Source: an uncultured Candidatus Saccharibacteria bacterium (GTDB lineage Bacteria; Patescibacteriota; Minisyncoccia; UBA6257; 2-01-FULL-56-20). From it: 64,000 nucleotides of DNA. A program made the position numbers and the translations under genes. Shown piece after piece: positions 17,261 through 27,670 of this stretch (positions are counted from its first letter, which is position 1; each line of letters starts with the position of its first letter). Below the pieces are notes generated by a model. The model searched no databases and had not been told where the DNA came from. It saw nothing but the letters and a program-made list of their open reading frames with translations. The DNA lies in assembly GCA_964361595.1 (NCBI GenBank), contig CAYIAX010000004.1, forward strand, positions 615 through 64,614. Reading direction: 5' to 3'.

Positions 17261-19243
17261 ATGAAGGTCCCCAAGAAAAACATTTCCCGCCGCTTGGCTG
17301 ATATCAAAAATCGCAGCCAGGCCGTTCCCGAAGCCAAAGCAGAAGCCCCGATTGCCGTCGAGCGGATAATTTCAGTTTTTAAACCTGTAGCCGAGAAAAC
17401 CAGCTTGCCCAAGCGCAAATGGCCGCAGCGTTTGACTTTGATCGCCATAGTTTTTGCCTTGCTCGTCTTTGCGGGCTATGAGATTTTCGCTCGATCCGGC
17501 AGTATTGCCGGAATTCGAGCCAAGTTGAATTGGGCGGCAGGCGAAGGCGGGCCAACCGGTGAAACGTCCGGATTAAGTTGGGAGCAATTTTCAGCCAAGC
17601 TCAAACCTATTTTTGAAGAAGGCGGCGGGTTTTATGGAGATTTAGGCTTACTGGGATCGGCTTTCCTTAATTTATCTTCGGAAGCTGCGAAACTAGATAG
17701 TGCGCTCCAGGACGCACTCTTAGGCAAAAGCGGCGAACCGCTTTTGCGCGAGCTTAAGTCCACCGAGAATTATTTAAACGAGCTAAGCTCAACCTTAAGC
17801 TCGCTCACAAAAGAGGAAAGTATATTGAGCGGCGAAAATGCAGGCGCGCGGGCAGAAATATTGGGAGCCCAGCTCGAAGTCAACCGCATTTCGGAATTCC
17901 TTAAAGCTTTTATCCCGTGGCTTGCCGCGGACGAACCGCATCGGCTGGTGGTGATCCTGGGCAATTCTTCCGAGCTGCGGCCTGGAGGCGGGTTTATCGG
18001 CAGCTATGCCGAACTTAAATTGGAGAAAGGCCGGCTGGCGGAAATTAACGTCAGGGACATTAACGAACCCGATCGCTTGTTGGAGAAAAAAATAATTCCG
18101 CCGCGGCCGTTGCAGTTTCTCGTAAAAAATTGGCGCGCGGCCGATTCGAACTGGTTTTTCGATTTTTCGCAATCCGCACGGAAATTTATCGATTTGCTTT
18201 CGCAGTCTGAACTATACAAAGGAACAAAGCTTGAGGGCGTGCTCGCTGTTTCTTCGCAAGTTGTGAGCGATCTTTTGGGCATGACTGGTCCGATCGAGGC
18301 TGAGGGCACAGTTTTGACCAGTAAGAATTTTCTGCAGTCCATCCAGACGGATGTGCAATCGGACCAAGCCGAAGGAGCGGCCGAGCCGAAACAGCTTTTG
18401 AAATCCGTGGCCCCGCTCTTGCTTCAAGGCGCGGCAAAACTTTCCTTGGAAGATAAAAGGAAGCTTTTGGAGAAAATCGGCGAGTGGGTGAAGAACAAGG
18501 ATTTGCTTTTTTATTTCACCGAGCCGGAATTTGAAAAGCTGGCATCCGCCTATGAGTCTGCCGGCAAGGCTTACATTTTGCCGCGGGGCGAGAATGTAAA
18601 TTACCTGGCCGTAGTTAATGCCAACGTAGGCGGCGGCAAGAGCGACCTATACTTGGATCAAAATATCTTTTGGCAGGTCAGGCTGCGGGAAAACGGCGGG
18701 GCGGATTACAAAGTGCTTGTCGAGAAAACACATCGCGGAAATCAGAGCTCTTTTTGGTGGTATCAAGTGCCGAGCGAACACTATACGCAAGTCATTGTTC
18801 CTAAAGATTCCATACTCCTTGCGGCGAGCGGGGGCCGGGCGCGCGGAGCGCCGCCGCGTACGTACGACAGCACCTACGAAAGAGATCCGGATGTCGTGAG
18901 CTGGGAAGCGAGCCGAAAAATAAATGAAGAACTCCCAATGATTGAAGAATATGAAAATGGCAATAAAAGAATTTTTGCCACCTGGATGAAAACGCCTGTA
19001 GGCGAGACAAGTAGGTTAACGCTCGAATACTCTGGCCGGTTGCCGAAGCTGCCGCTTATTGGTCAGACATACAGCTTTGTGGTTGAAAAACAGGCGATGA
19101 GCCGCAGCGGTTTCAAGCTGGAGACGCTGGCTCCCGCCGGTTTCCGCTTCCGCGAAAATCATTTGCCCGTATATGAATATGAAACGCCCGCCTTGCCCGG
19201 CCGCTTGAGCCTAGAACTCACACTTGAGGCAGTACCTGAATAA
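17261..19243 (+). CDS. membrane-anchored hypothetical protein, tentatively DUF4012-like
   Basis: N-terminal TM helix (LTLIAIVFALLVFAGY) and motif VVILGNSSELRPGGGFIGSYAEL. The family name is from memory and unverified. Confidence 0.4.
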   Translation: MKVPKKNISRRLADIKNRSQAVPEAKAEAPIAVERIISVFKPVAEKTSLPKRKWPQRLTLIAIVFALLVFAGYEIFARSGSIAGIRAKLNWAAGEGGPTGETSGLSWEQFSAKLKPIFEEGGGFYGDLGLLGSAFLNLSSEAAKLDSALQDALLGKSGEPLLRELKSTENYLNELSSTLSSLTKEESILSGENAGARAEILGAQLEVNRISEFLKAFIPWLAADEPHRLVVILGNSSELRPGGGFIGSYAELKLEKGRLAEINVRDINEPDRLLEKKIIPPRPLQFLVKNWRAADSNWFFDFSQSARKFIDLLSQSELYKGTKLEGVLAVSSQVVSDLLGMTGPIEAEGTVLTSKNFLQSIQTDVQSDQAEGAAEPKQLLKSVAPLLLQGAAKLSLEDKRKLLEKIGEWVKNKDLLFYFTEPEFEKLASAYESAGKAYILPRGENVNYLAVVNANVGGGKSDLYLDQNIFWQVRLRENGGADYKVLVEKTHRGNQSSFWWYQVPSEHYTQVIVPKDSILLAASGGRARGAPPRTYDSTYERDPDVVSWEASRKINEELPMIEEYENGNKRIFATWMKTPVGETSRLTLEYSGRLPKLPLIGQTYSFVVEKQAMSRSGFKLETLAPAGFRFRENHLPVYEYETPALPGRLSLELTLEAVPE

Positions 19244-21141
19244 TGAATGTACGCAATTTTGTAATCATCGCGCATGTTGATCACGGAAAATCTACCTTAG
19301 CGGATAGGTTATTAGAGGCGACGGGGACTGTGGAGAGCCGGCGCATGCGGCCGCAGTATTTGGACCAGCTTGAACTTGAGCGCGAGCGGGGGATCACGAT
19401 TAAGATGGCCCCAGTCCGCATGGTTTATCATGCGGAATTTCGAAATTCGAATATCGAAACCCGAAACAAATTAAATTCGGATTTTGGATTTCGTGCTTCG
19501 GATTTATCAAATTCAGAATTCATTCTGAATTTGATCGATACACCTGGCCACTCCGATTTCTCTTACGAAGTTTCACGAGCGCTTGCGGCCGTGGAAGGCG
19601 CGGTGCTTTTGGTTGATGCCACGAAGGGCATCCAGGCTCAAACGCTTTCTAATCTGCGCGCGGCCAAAGCCGCGGGGCTTAAAATCATTGGCGCGGTAAA
19701 TAAGATAGATTTGAATTCACCGCATCTCGAAGATACCGTGCGGACGCTCGCCAGTCTCTTAGCTGTCCCGGAAAATGAAATTTTGCGAATTTCGGGAAAA
19801 ACCGGAGTAGGCGTGGAGGAACTTTTGAAAAAAATCGTCGAGGTGGTTCCGCCGCCCCAGCTTCCGCGCGGATCCGCCCTAGATCCGCAAGTATCCGTGC
19901 CCCCGAGGGCATTAATTTTTGATTCTCTTTACGACGACCATAAAGGCATTCTGGCTTACGTACGCGTTTACGACGGAGTTTTCCGTCCGGGCGAAGAGTT
20001 GGTGTTTTTGGCCGGCGCCGGCAAAACAAAAATAAAAGAAGTCGGTTATTTTGCGCCCGAACTGAAGCCCGTCAAAGAACTGCGCGCAGGCGATATCGGC
20101 TATATCGCGACCGGCTTAAAGGAGCCCGCGCTCGTAAAGATCGGGGATACCGTTATCGGATATCAGAAGTCGGAGATCAGACGTCCGATATCTGACATCC
20201 GAAATCTGGCTTTGCCCGGTTACCGCGAACCGGCACCGGTGGTTTTCATTTCACTTTATCCTGACGGCGAGACGAAATTTGAAGATTTGAAAAAAGCTTT
20301 GGAGCGGTTGCGGTTAACGGATGCGGCGCTGTCTTTTGAGCCCGACTCGAACGAAGCTTTGGGTCGCGGGCTTAAGGTGGGATTTTTAGGCCAGCTTCAT
20401 TTTGAGATCACTGCGACCCGATTGGAGCGCGAATTTAATCTAAGCTTCATCACGAGTTTCCCTTCGATCGCATATAAAGTGCGCGAACGCGGCAAAGAAT
20501 ATATTGTAACCGACGCTCACCAGTTTCCCGATGATCCCGACGAAGTGCTACAGCCGATGATTGATATCGAGATCATCACACCGCCGGTTTATCTGAATTC
20601 GATCGTAAATCTAAGCCAGGTTTTTGATCTCTCTGTAAAAGAAATTAGAACGATGGGTGAGCAAACCGTGGTTGCGGGCGTGATGCCCTTGATGGAGCTA
20701 ATCCGAGATTTTGACGATCAATTGAAATCCGTTTCGGCTGGCTACGCTTCGTTCAGTTATGAATTGGGAGAGTTGGCGCCGGCGGAAGTCGAAAAATTGG
20801 AAATTATAATCGCGAACGAAGTGGTACCGGCCTTGACCAGGATAATTTTCAAAAAAGAGGCCGAACGGGAAGGGCGGGCAACCGTGGAAAGGCTGAAGGA
20901 TCTTTTGCCCAAGCAGCAGTTCGCGCAGGCAGTCCAAGCGATGGTTAGGGGGCGGATCATTGCGCGCGAGACGATTCCTGCCATGCGTAAAGATGTGACA
21001 GGGTATCTTTACGGCGGCGACCGCTCGCGGAAGATGAAATTATGGAAAAAACAGAAGCGAGGCAAGGAAAAGCTCTTAGCTTCGGCTAAGGTAAGGGTCC
21101 CTGTGAATGTGTTTAAGGAAATCCTTAAGAAATCCAAATAG
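19243..21141 (+). CDS. lepA: elongation factor 4 (LepA) with an in-frame AT-type repeat insertion
   Basis: G-domain IIAHVDHGKSTLADRLL, DTPGH, NKID, and a C-terminal LepA_C domain. Insert EFRNSNIETRNKLNSDFGFRASDLSNSEF lies between G1 and G3. Confidence 0.9.
   Translation: MNVRNFVIIAHVDHGKSTLADRLLEATGTVESRRMRPQYLDQLELERERGITIKMAPVRMVYHAEFRNSNIETRNKLNSDFGFRASDLSNSEFILNLIDTPGHSDFSYEVSRALAAVEGAVLLVDATKGIQAQTLSNLRAAKAAGLKIIGAVNKIDLNSPHLEDTVRTLASLLAVPENEILRISGKTGVGVEELLKKIVEVVPPPQLPRGSALDPQVSVPPRALIFDSLYDDHKGILAYVRVYDGVFRPGEELVFLAGAGKTKIKEVGYFAPELKPVKELRAGDIGYIATGLKEPALVKIGDTVIGYQKSEIRRPISDIRNLALPGYREPAPVVFISLYPDGETKFEDLKKALERLRLTDAALSFEPDSNEALGRGLKVGFLGQLHFEITATRLEREFNLSFITSFPSIAYKVRERGKEYIVTDAHQFPDDPDEVLQPMIDIEIITPPVYLNSIVNLSQVFDLSVKEIRTMGEQTVVAGVMPLMELIRDFDDQLKSVSAGYASFSYELGELAPAEVEKLEIIIANEVVPALTRIIFKKEAEREGRATVERLKDLLPKQQFAQAVQAMVRGRIIARETIPAMRKDVTGYLYGGDRSRKMKLWKKQKRGKEKLLASAKVRVPVNVFKEILKKSK
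19434..19527. repeat. AT-type palindromic element (CGAAAT/ATTTCG units) in-frame in lepA
   Basis: gaatttcgaaattcgaatatcgaaacccgaaacaaattaaattcggattttggatttcgtgcttcggatttatcaaattcagaattc. Confidence 0.65.
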
Positions 21142-21224
21142 GGTTCGCGAATAATGAAAATTCGCATTATTTGCAAATATTCGCGTTATTCGCGATTACT
21201 CCTAAATTCATTTATCCTAAAGAG

Positions 21225-21506
21225 ATGAAGCCGGTGCTAACGGTTATTCTAGGATTATTCATGGCGTTTCTGCTTGTGCAGAATTATCTTTTTTGGCGCC
21301 GCGGCCGCGAGGCAGAAACAAAATTCGGAGAACTCCAGGCTGAACTTAAGACAACTAAGGAAGATTTCAATAACTTACGCGCGGAATACGAATATTTTTT
21401 GAATCCGGAAAATTTGGAGAAAGAGCTGCGGGCCAGGTTCAATTATAAGAGCGGCGGCGAAACCCTGATGATCCTTGTGCCCAAAACCGCTTCTTCCTCT
21501 CGTTAA
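21225..21506 (+). CDS. FtsB/DivIC-like septum-formation initiator (TM plus coiled coil)
   Basis: MKPVLTVILGLFMAFLLVQNYLFW followed by a coiled coil (ETKFGELQAELKTTKEDFNNLRAEYEY). Confidence 0.45.
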   Translation: MKPVLTVILGLFMAFLLVQNYLFWRRGREAETKFGELQAELKTTKEDFNNLRAEYEYFLNPENLEKELRARFNYKSGGETLMILVPKTASSSR

Positions 21507-22078
21507 TGCCGAACTTTGTATCAAAAAAGCGAGTTATGCTCGCAGCTGCACTCATCGCAATCCTAGCGGCGGTTTATCTCATTGCTGGCGGCTACTATCC
21601 GATCCTTACCGTAAACGGAACGATGGTGAGCGAACATAAGTTCCAGAAAAATTATGCGGCCGCTCTGCGCTATGCCAAAAATGCGCAGAAGACATACGAG
21701 CATGACGCCTCGCTTTCGATCCTGGATATAGAATCGCAAATATTGAACAGCTTGGTTGAAGCCGCGCTTATCGAACAAGCCTTGCGCAAGGAAGTTGGCG
21801 GCGATATGGAAATGCTCGTGGACAATAAACTCCAGAAATTCCGAGCCGAAGAAAATCAGAATTTCGCTAAAGCCGTGGAAACTCTTTATGGCTTAAGCGT
21901 CGAAGAATTCGAGGCCGAAGTTATGCGTCCGCAGGCGGAAAAGGATGTTTGGGAAGGAAGACTGTTTTTGCAGGGCGAAAAAATGGATATCTGGTTCGTG
22001 CAGGCGAAAGCGGCTGCGAGCGTCAATATATTCTCAAATAAATTCGAATGGAACGGCAAGGAGATCGTTAAAAAATAA
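21506..22078 (+). CDS. membrane-anchored hypothetical protein (SurA-N-like helical domain possible)
   Basis: N-terminal TM helix (MLAAALIAILAAVYLIAGG), the rest helical. Start overlaps the upstream stop (TAATG). Confidence 0.4.
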   Translation: MPNFVSKKRVMLAAALIAILAAVYLIAGGYYPILTVNGTMVSEHKFQKNYAAALRYAKNAQKTYEHDASLSILDIESQILNSLVEAALIEQALRKEVGGDMEMLVDNKLQKFRAEENQNFAKAVETLYGLSVEEFEAEVMRPQAEKDVWEGRLFLQGEKMDIWFVQAKAAASVNIFSNKFEWNGKEIVKK

Positions 22079-22079
22079 A

Positions 22080-22760
22080 ATGCAAAAAGAAGAACTGTTA
22101 AAAGAACTCACACGTGACGGATATTTAAAGAGTGAGAATGTTAAAGCCGCGTTTTCGGCTATCGATCGGAAGGATTTTGTCGCTCCCGGTTTTGAAGCAG
22201 AGGCATACTTGAATGTGCCCCTGCCGATCGGTTTTGGCCAGACGATTTCACAGCCTTTGACCGTTGTTTTTATGCTGGAGCTTTTGGACCTAAAACCGGG
22301 CCAGAAAATTTTGGAAATCGGTTCGGGATCGGGTTGGCAGACCGCAATGCTTGCTTATCTTGTAAGCAAGCCGCGGACTGACGCGGACTTTACGCAGATC
22401 AACGCAGAAAATAATCAAGAAAAATCCGCAGGCAGAGTAATTGCCATCGAGCGGATTCCGGAACTTCTGCGGATGGGGGAGAGAAATGTCAGCAAATACA
22501 ATTATGTGAGCAAAGGCACGGTGAAATTTGTCGAGGGCGACGGCTCGAATGGTTATGCGGCTGATGCTCCCTATGACCGGATCATTGGCGCGGCGAGCGC
22601 GGATAAATTGCCGGAAGCTTGGCGCGAGCAGTTGGCCGTCGGCGGACGGATCGTTACGCCCATTCGACAAAGCGTAATCGCTTTTGATAAGCTTTCGGAG
22701 AAAGAATTTAAAGAGACGGAATATCCGGGCTTTATCTTCGTGCCGCTTGTTAAAGGCTAG
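22080..22760 (+). CDS. pcm: protein-L-isoaspartate O-methyltransferase with a GC-type element insert
   Basis: GQTISQP, SAM motif LEIGSGSGW, and a C-terminal GGRIVTPI. Insert KPRTDADFTQINAENNQE. Confidence 0.8.
   Translation: MQKEELLKELTRDGYLKSENVKAAFSAIDRKDFVAPGFEAEAYLNVPLPIGFGQTISQPLTVVFMLELLDLKPGQKILEIGSGSGWQTAMLAYLVSKPRTDADFTQINAENNQEKSAGRVIAIERIPELLRMGERNVSKYNYVSKGTVKFVEGDGSNGYAADAPYDRIIGAASADKLPEAWREQLAVGGRIVTPIRQSVIAFDKLSEKEFKETEYPGFIFVPLVKG
22370..22412. repeat. GC-type element half-copy in pcm
   Basis: gcggactgacgcggactttacgcagatcaacgcagaaaat, preceded by the hairpin cttgcttatcttgtaagcaag. Confidence 0.6.
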
Positions 22761-22828
22761 TAAGCAGTAATTAGTAAGTAGTAGGTGGTAGAAGCGAAGC
22801 GGGCTTGCCCGCCATAGCTTTAGCGAAG

Positions 22829-22899
22829 GCGGGTATGGTTCAGTGGTAGAACGCGACCTTCCCAAGGTTGAGACACGGGTTCAATTCCCGTTACCCGCT
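22829..22899 (+). tRNA. tRNA-Gly (anticodon CCC)
   Basis: Cloverleaf folded by hand: acceptor GCGGGTA/TACCCGC, anticodon stem CGACC/GGTTG with loop TTCCCAA, T-loop GTTCAATTC. Close to E. coli tRNA-Gly(CCC). Confidence 0.8.
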
Positions 22900-22959
22900 C
22901 TAAACACTTGCCAATTTGGCAATTCTCCACGTCTTGGTGAAATTTCACTCGACGGCTTG

Positions 22960-22990
22960 AATAAAAAAGAGGGAGACTAGTCACCCTCTT
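22960..22990 (-). terminator. rho-independent terminator for the minus-strand small ORF (agagggtgactagtctccctct plus TTTTTT on the minus strand)
   Basis: Hairpin plus U-run, seen directly. Confidence 0.5.
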
Positions 22991-23280
22991 GTTATTGCGG
23001 TCGGGTCCGGTCGCGTAAGGGACTTCAGTATATACTCCCTTGCAGCAAACACGATCAGTACAAAAGCAGAGCTGACTGATACGACCGAGAAACCAAGAAA
23101 GACGAAGGCTGCCAAAAGGCGAGCCGATTCGCTCCTGGGTGAATCGCTCCATATAACGGCGGCGGTAATGGCGAGGCCGAGGAGTCCAACGAGCAGAATC
23201 ATGCCTACTGATAGAATCCGCTTATTAACCTCAGCGTCGCTCAGTGGGACAAGGTTGTTCTGTTGAGGCATATACACCAC
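22981..23280 (-). CDS. small two-TM membrane protein
   Basis: Two hydrophobic helices (ILSVGMILLVGLLGLAITAAVIW; LLAAFVFLGFSVVSVSSAFVLIVF) and its own terminator. Confidence 0.4.
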   Translation of the reverse strand: MVYMPQQNNLVPLSDAEVNKRILSVGMILLVGLLGLAITAAVIWSDSPRSESARLLAAFVFLGFSVVSVSSAFVLIVFAAREYILKSLTRPDPTAITRG

Positions 23281-23911
23281 CTTCGCGTGAGCAGTAACTA
23301 GTTGATATTTAAGGTCATGCAGGATGAGTTGTCAACCGGAGTCGTTAAGAAGGTGGCTTGTAAGTAGCGTACGCCTTTGTTTAGACTATATTGATAAGGG
23401 CGTCCAAGTGGCGGAGATTGCCGATTATATCAATCAACTCTTGGTCATGCGCCTGCCATCGAGTTCGAACGTCCTTCAGAATGCTGCTCCATGAATAAAT
23501 TTAAATCTCTAAAATGGCTGCTCCGGGCCGGGGCCATGTATTACCTTATCGGCGGCTTCGCCCACTTTTTTGGCTTAACAATTTTTCCCTGAACATAGTT
23601 GCAGGGTTTCCGAAGGGACTTTTTTTCTTGCTTTTAACTTGGCGAGCATCTCCCCTCTTGTTCGGTCTCATTCGTACGAATGGTTCCATAAAGAATAGCT
23701 AAAAATCAGCTAGATATAATTTACTAGTGGATTCTATATCGCGGTCTTTGTATTAATCTACTTGCTTGGCCCCTGTCTGCTCGTTTCGTTTGAGCTCCAG
23801 TGAACTGGCCGGGCAGGCGAATATACCAACTTTCGTATATTCGCAGTAAATTCGTATTTCGTAGCACACGTATTGCTACCTTGGCCAGTTTTGATTTACT
23901 ATCTATAAGCA

Positions 23912-25606
23912 ATGTCTTCCTCTCCAGCCGAGCTTGTCAAAGAAAAGCTCGATATTGTTGATGTCTTAAAGGGATATCTTACCCTTACCCCTGCCGGCAA
24001 AAACTGGAAAGCCCGGTGTCCTTTTCATAATGAAAAAACGCCGTCCTTCATGGTTTCGCCGGAGCGGCAAACCTGGCATTGCTTCGGCTGCGCCTTAGGC
24101 GGGGATTTATTCTCGTTCGTCATGCGGCATGAGAATATCGAGTTCGGCGAGGCCTTGAAGATTTTAGCCGAGAAGGCCGGCGTGGAGCTGAAGCGATTGA
24201 ATCCGACCGAATATAAATTTATGGGCCTGCTCTACGATTTACAGACTGCGGCCAAAGAATTTTTCGTCCAGCAGTTAAAGCAGTCTGAACCTGCGCAGGC
24301 GTATTTGAAAGAGCGTGGATTGAGCAAAGAAACGATTGAAGAGTTCGAAATTGGCTGGGCGCCAAATGCAAGCGATGCTTTGACCGTGCATTTCATGAAG
24401 GGCGGCTACAACCCCGCCGATCTCATCCGTGCGGGCTTGGTTTTCAAAACCGAACGCGGTATGCAGCTCGACCGTTTCCGCGGCCGGATCATGTTTCCGA
24501 TTCATAATCATTTGGGCAAGGTGGTCGGCTTCACCGGCAGGATTCTGCCGAAGCTCGATACCGGCACTTCCGGTAAATATGTGAATAGCCCGGAAACGCC
24601 GATCTTCAACAAATCCAAACTGCTTTACGGTTTTTGGAAAGCCAAGAATAATATCCGTGAAACCGGCAACGTATTTTTAGTCGAGGGCCAGACGGACATG
24701 CTCTTAAGCTGGCAAGCGGGCGTGAAGTACGCGGTCGCGAGTTCGGGGACGGCGCTGACGCAGGATCACCTGCGCATGCTCCGGCGGCTTACGGAGCGCA
24801 TAGTGGTGAGTTTCGATACGGACGAAGCCGGTTTGGCCGCGGGGGAACGAGCGATCGAGTTGGCGGAAGCGAACGACTTTGAGGTAAAGGTGGCGACCTT
24901 TGCGCCGGCCAAGGATCCGGCGGAAGCCGCGCAGGCCGACCCGCAAAAGTTTTTAGCCGCGGTAAGCGAGGCAAAACCGGCGCCGGAATTTTATTTTGCG
25001 AAATATTTGGATGGAGTTGAAGTTAAGCCACTCGAGCGCGCGTTTCTGATCCGCCTGCGGGCCGTGCTTGCGAAGCTCGCCGGTATTGGCAGTCCCATAG
25101 TCCAGGGCCACTGGCTCAAGGAGCTAGCGAAGCGGACCGGCATCGAAGAAAAACTTTTAATCGAGGAAATCGGGAAGCTGAATATGAAGAAATCCGAACC
25201 GGCAGCCTATGAAGTTTTGCCCGTTCCCGACCGCAAGGATTTCAACCGCTGGGAACTTTTAAGCCAGGAACTACTTTCCGCCGCGGTCGCACAAAACGAT
25301 TTCGGCCTCGTGGGCGAAGCGGAAGCATATCTTACTTCTGCCTGCCGGGAAATCTTTTTGATTCTCAAGAGCGGCGCGCGGACCGCATTAGATCCAGAGC
25401 TTGATGAACGCATCAATTTGATCGTCCTGCGCTCGGCGGACTTAAACCTGGAAGAACTGAAGGAAGTCAAGGAATATTTATACCGCGAGTTTCTGCGCGA
25501 GCGGCGCCGTCTCTTAACACAAACGGTAAAACAAGCTGAAGCCGCGGGGGATGAAGCCGCGCTGGAATCGGCCTTAAAAGAGTTTGGCAACTTGCCTGTC
25601 ATCTGA
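23912..25606 (+). CDS. dnaG: DNA primase
   Basis: Zinc finger [11 protein letters not shown]...WHCFGC, and a TOPRIM domain ([14 protein letters not shown]). Confidence 0.9.
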   Translation: MSSSPAELVKEKLDIVDVLKGYLTLTPAGKNWKARCPFHNEKTPSFMVSPERQTWHCFGCALGGDLFSFVMRHENIEFGEALKILAEKAGVELKRLNPTEYKFMGLLYDLQTAAKEFFVQQLKQSEPAQAYLKERGLSKETIEEFEIGWAPNASDALTVHFMKGGYNPADLIRAGLVFKTERGMQLDRFRGRIMFPIHNHLGKVVGFTGRILPKLDTGTSGKYVNSPETPIFNKSKLLYGFWKAKNNIRETGNVFLVEGQTDMLLSWQAGVKYAVASSGTALTQDHLRMLRRLTERIVVSFDTDEAGLAAGERAIELAEANDFEVKVATFAPAKDPAEAAQADPQKFLAAVSEAKPAPEFYFAKYLDGVEVKPLERAFLIRLRAVLAKLAGIGSPIVQGHWLKELAKRTGIEEKLLIEEIGKLNMKKSEPAAYEVLPVPDRKDFNRWELLSQELLSAAVAQNDFGLVGEAEAYLTSACREIFLILKSGARTALDPELDERINLIVLRSADLNLEELKEVKEYLYREFLRERRRLLTQTVKQAEAAGDEAALESALKEFGNLPVI

Positions 25607-25607
25607 C

Positions 25608-26792
25608 ATGAAAAAGAAGAAACAGCGCAAGCACATGCAGGCCAAAAAACGCGCCCAAGAGCGCGTAATTCGCCTTAGAGCCAAAAAACGGGCCGAAAAA
25701 TTAATGAAGGTGAAATTGGAAGATAAGTCCCTCGAGGAGCTGATCGAGCGGGGCAAGCCGCGCGGTTTTGTGACCGACAATGAAATTCTCTATTACTTCC
25801 CCAATGTCGAGAACGACTTGAAGTTTTTGGAGAAAATTTACGACCGTCTAGAGAAGGAGAATATCAAAGTCATTGAAACCGGCGGCCTCATTGATATCGG
25901 CAAAGAAGAACCCTCGGATTCGGAGTTGGAGAGTTCGCTGGAGTTCGACCGCGGTACGCCGGATGCGGTCCAGATGTATCTGCGCGAAATCGGCAAAACG
26001 GCGCTCTTAACCAAGCAGGAAGAGCGCGATTTGGCCAAACGCCTGGAGCAGGGCGATGAAGAGGCTCGCCAGCGGCTGATGAAAGCCAACCTGCGGCTTG
26101 TGGTTTCAATCGCCAAGCGGTATGCGAACCGCACGCCCAATCTTTCCATCCTCGATCTCATCCAGGAGGGGAATATCGGGCTTTCCCGCGCCGTCGAGAA
26201 ATTCGACTACAAAAAAGGATTCAAGTTTTCGACCTACGCCACCTGGTGGATCAGGCAGGCGATTACGCGGGCCTTGGCTGACCAGTCGCGGACTATCCGC
26301 ATTCCCGTCCATATGGTGGAGACGATCTCGAAGTACGCCCAGACGCGTCGCCAGATGATCCAGGAATTAGGCCGCGAGCCGCTGCCGGAAGAAATTGCCG
26401 CGGAAATGGGCCTGGAAGTGGAAAAGGTGCTTCACATCCAGAAAATTTCGCAGGAAGTTTTGTCGATTGAAGCGCCGGTGGGCGACGAGGAAGATTCCAC
26501 TTTGTCCGATTTTATTCCGGACGAGAAGAGCAACACGCCGGCCCAGCTCGCCGCCCGCGCCCTCTTAAGGGATTTAATCCGCGAAATCATGGTGGATTTG
26601 ACCGAACGCGAACGGAAAATTTTGGCCATGCGCTTCGGGCTTGAAGACGGCGTCTCGCATACCCTGGAGGAAGTCGGCAAAGTTTCGGGCGTTACCCGTG
26701 AGCGCATCCGCCAGATTGAAGCCAAGGCGCTCGAGAAAATCCGCGAGCACCACAAAGCGAAAGCTTTGGAGGGTTTTGAGAACCTCACATAA
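25608..26792 (+). CDS. rpoD: RNA polymerase sigma-70 factor
   Basis: Region 2 (YLREIG...[10 protein letters not shown]...[16 protein letters not shown]) and region 4 (LEEVG...[13 protein letters not shown]). Classic dnaG-rpoD order. Confidence 0.9.
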   Translation: MKKKKQRKHMQAKKRAQERVIRLRAKKRAEKLMKVKLEDKSLEELIERGKPRGFVTDNEILYYFPNVENDLKFLEKIYDRLEKENIKVIETGGLIDIGKEEPSDSELESSLEFDRGTPDAVQMYLREIGKTALLTKQEERDLAKRLEQGDEEARQRLMKANLRLVVSIAKRYANRTPNLSILDLIQEGNIGLSRAVEKFDYKKGFKFSTYATWWIRQAITRALADQSRTIRIPVHMVETISKYAQTRRQMIQELGREPLPEEIAAEMGLEVEKVLHIQKISQEVLSIEAPVGDEEDSTLSDFIPDEKSNTPAQLAARALLRDLIREIMVDLTERERKILAMRFGLEDGVSHTLEEVGKVSGVTRERIRQIEAKALEKIREHHKAKALEGFENLT

Positions 26793-26919
26793 ATTTCTCG
26801 CTAATTCTTTTTTATTGAGAACTCCGTCGAGAACTCCGAAAAACTTCGCCTTGTTATTAAATCCAACGATCGTACGATATAATAAAAGTAATGTGTACAG
26901 CAGAAAAGGGCCTAGAAAT

Positions 26920-27513
26920 ATGAAGGGAAGCTTCACGCTTAAGCTATTAGAAATTATTGCGGGTACGACAGAGGATGTCGCCGATGTATTCGAAGCATTT
27001 CTTAGCGCTGGTTACGGCGCCTCGCAGGGAAAAATTTCGCACGAGATTTCAAAAATTCAAAACAGGCGCGAACGGGAAAAAAGAGAACGCGAAGAATACC
27101 TGCGTCATTATCGCAGGTATTATAATCTTATCAGCTGGCTACAGCGCGATGGACTAATTGAGAAGCAAAAAGAAAATAATAAGAGCTTCGTTCTTACCGC
27201 GAAAGGGAAAAAGAAATTATCTATCTTGCGAAAGCAAGTTCAAATAGCCCTGCCGGAAAGTTGTTACGAAACGAAAGCAAATACTCAATTTGTTATCGTT
27301 GCATTCAATATTCCCGAGTCCGAACACCGAAAGCGAGCATGGTTGCGCAATGCATTAAAACATATGGGATTTACCATGCTCCAAAAGAGTGTATGGGGCG
27401 GGAAAGTGTTAGTTCCAAAAGCATTCCTCGATGATCTCCTTCGACTGCGATTAGTTGATTTCGTGGAAATTTTTGAAATTACCCGCTCTGGAAGCTTGCG
27501 TCACCTTGCATAA
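26920..27513 (+). CDS. winged-helix plus Cas2-like (ferredoxin-fold) fusion protein, function unknown
   Basis: N-terminus is PadR/MarR-like (YNLISWLQRDGLIEKQKENNKSFVLTAKGKKKL). C-terminus QFVIVAFNIPESEHRKRAWLRNALKHMGFTMLQKSVWGG follows the Cas2 b1-a1-b2 pattern but has N in place of the catalytic D. Confidence 0.45.
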   Translation: MKGSFTLKLLEIIAGTTEDVADVFEAFLSAGYGASQGKISHEISKIQNRREREKREREEYLRHYRRYYNLISWLQRDGLIEKQKENNKSFVLTAKGKKKLSILRKQVQIALPESCYETKANTQFVIVAFNIPESEHRKRAWLRNALKHMGFTMLQKSVWGGKVLVPKAFLDDLLRLRLVDFVEIFEITRSGSLRHLA

Positions 27514-27670
27514 CTTATCCAACCAGCCTTTCCAGCGCGGGTATCCTATTAACTTTGCGTTCTCAATTATTATATTCTACGATCGGAGGATATAATAATT
27601 ACCCGTTTTCTCTGGGAAATTTAGGAAATTTTTGAGATAATTGCTATGATAAGAAAAATCAGATATTAAT

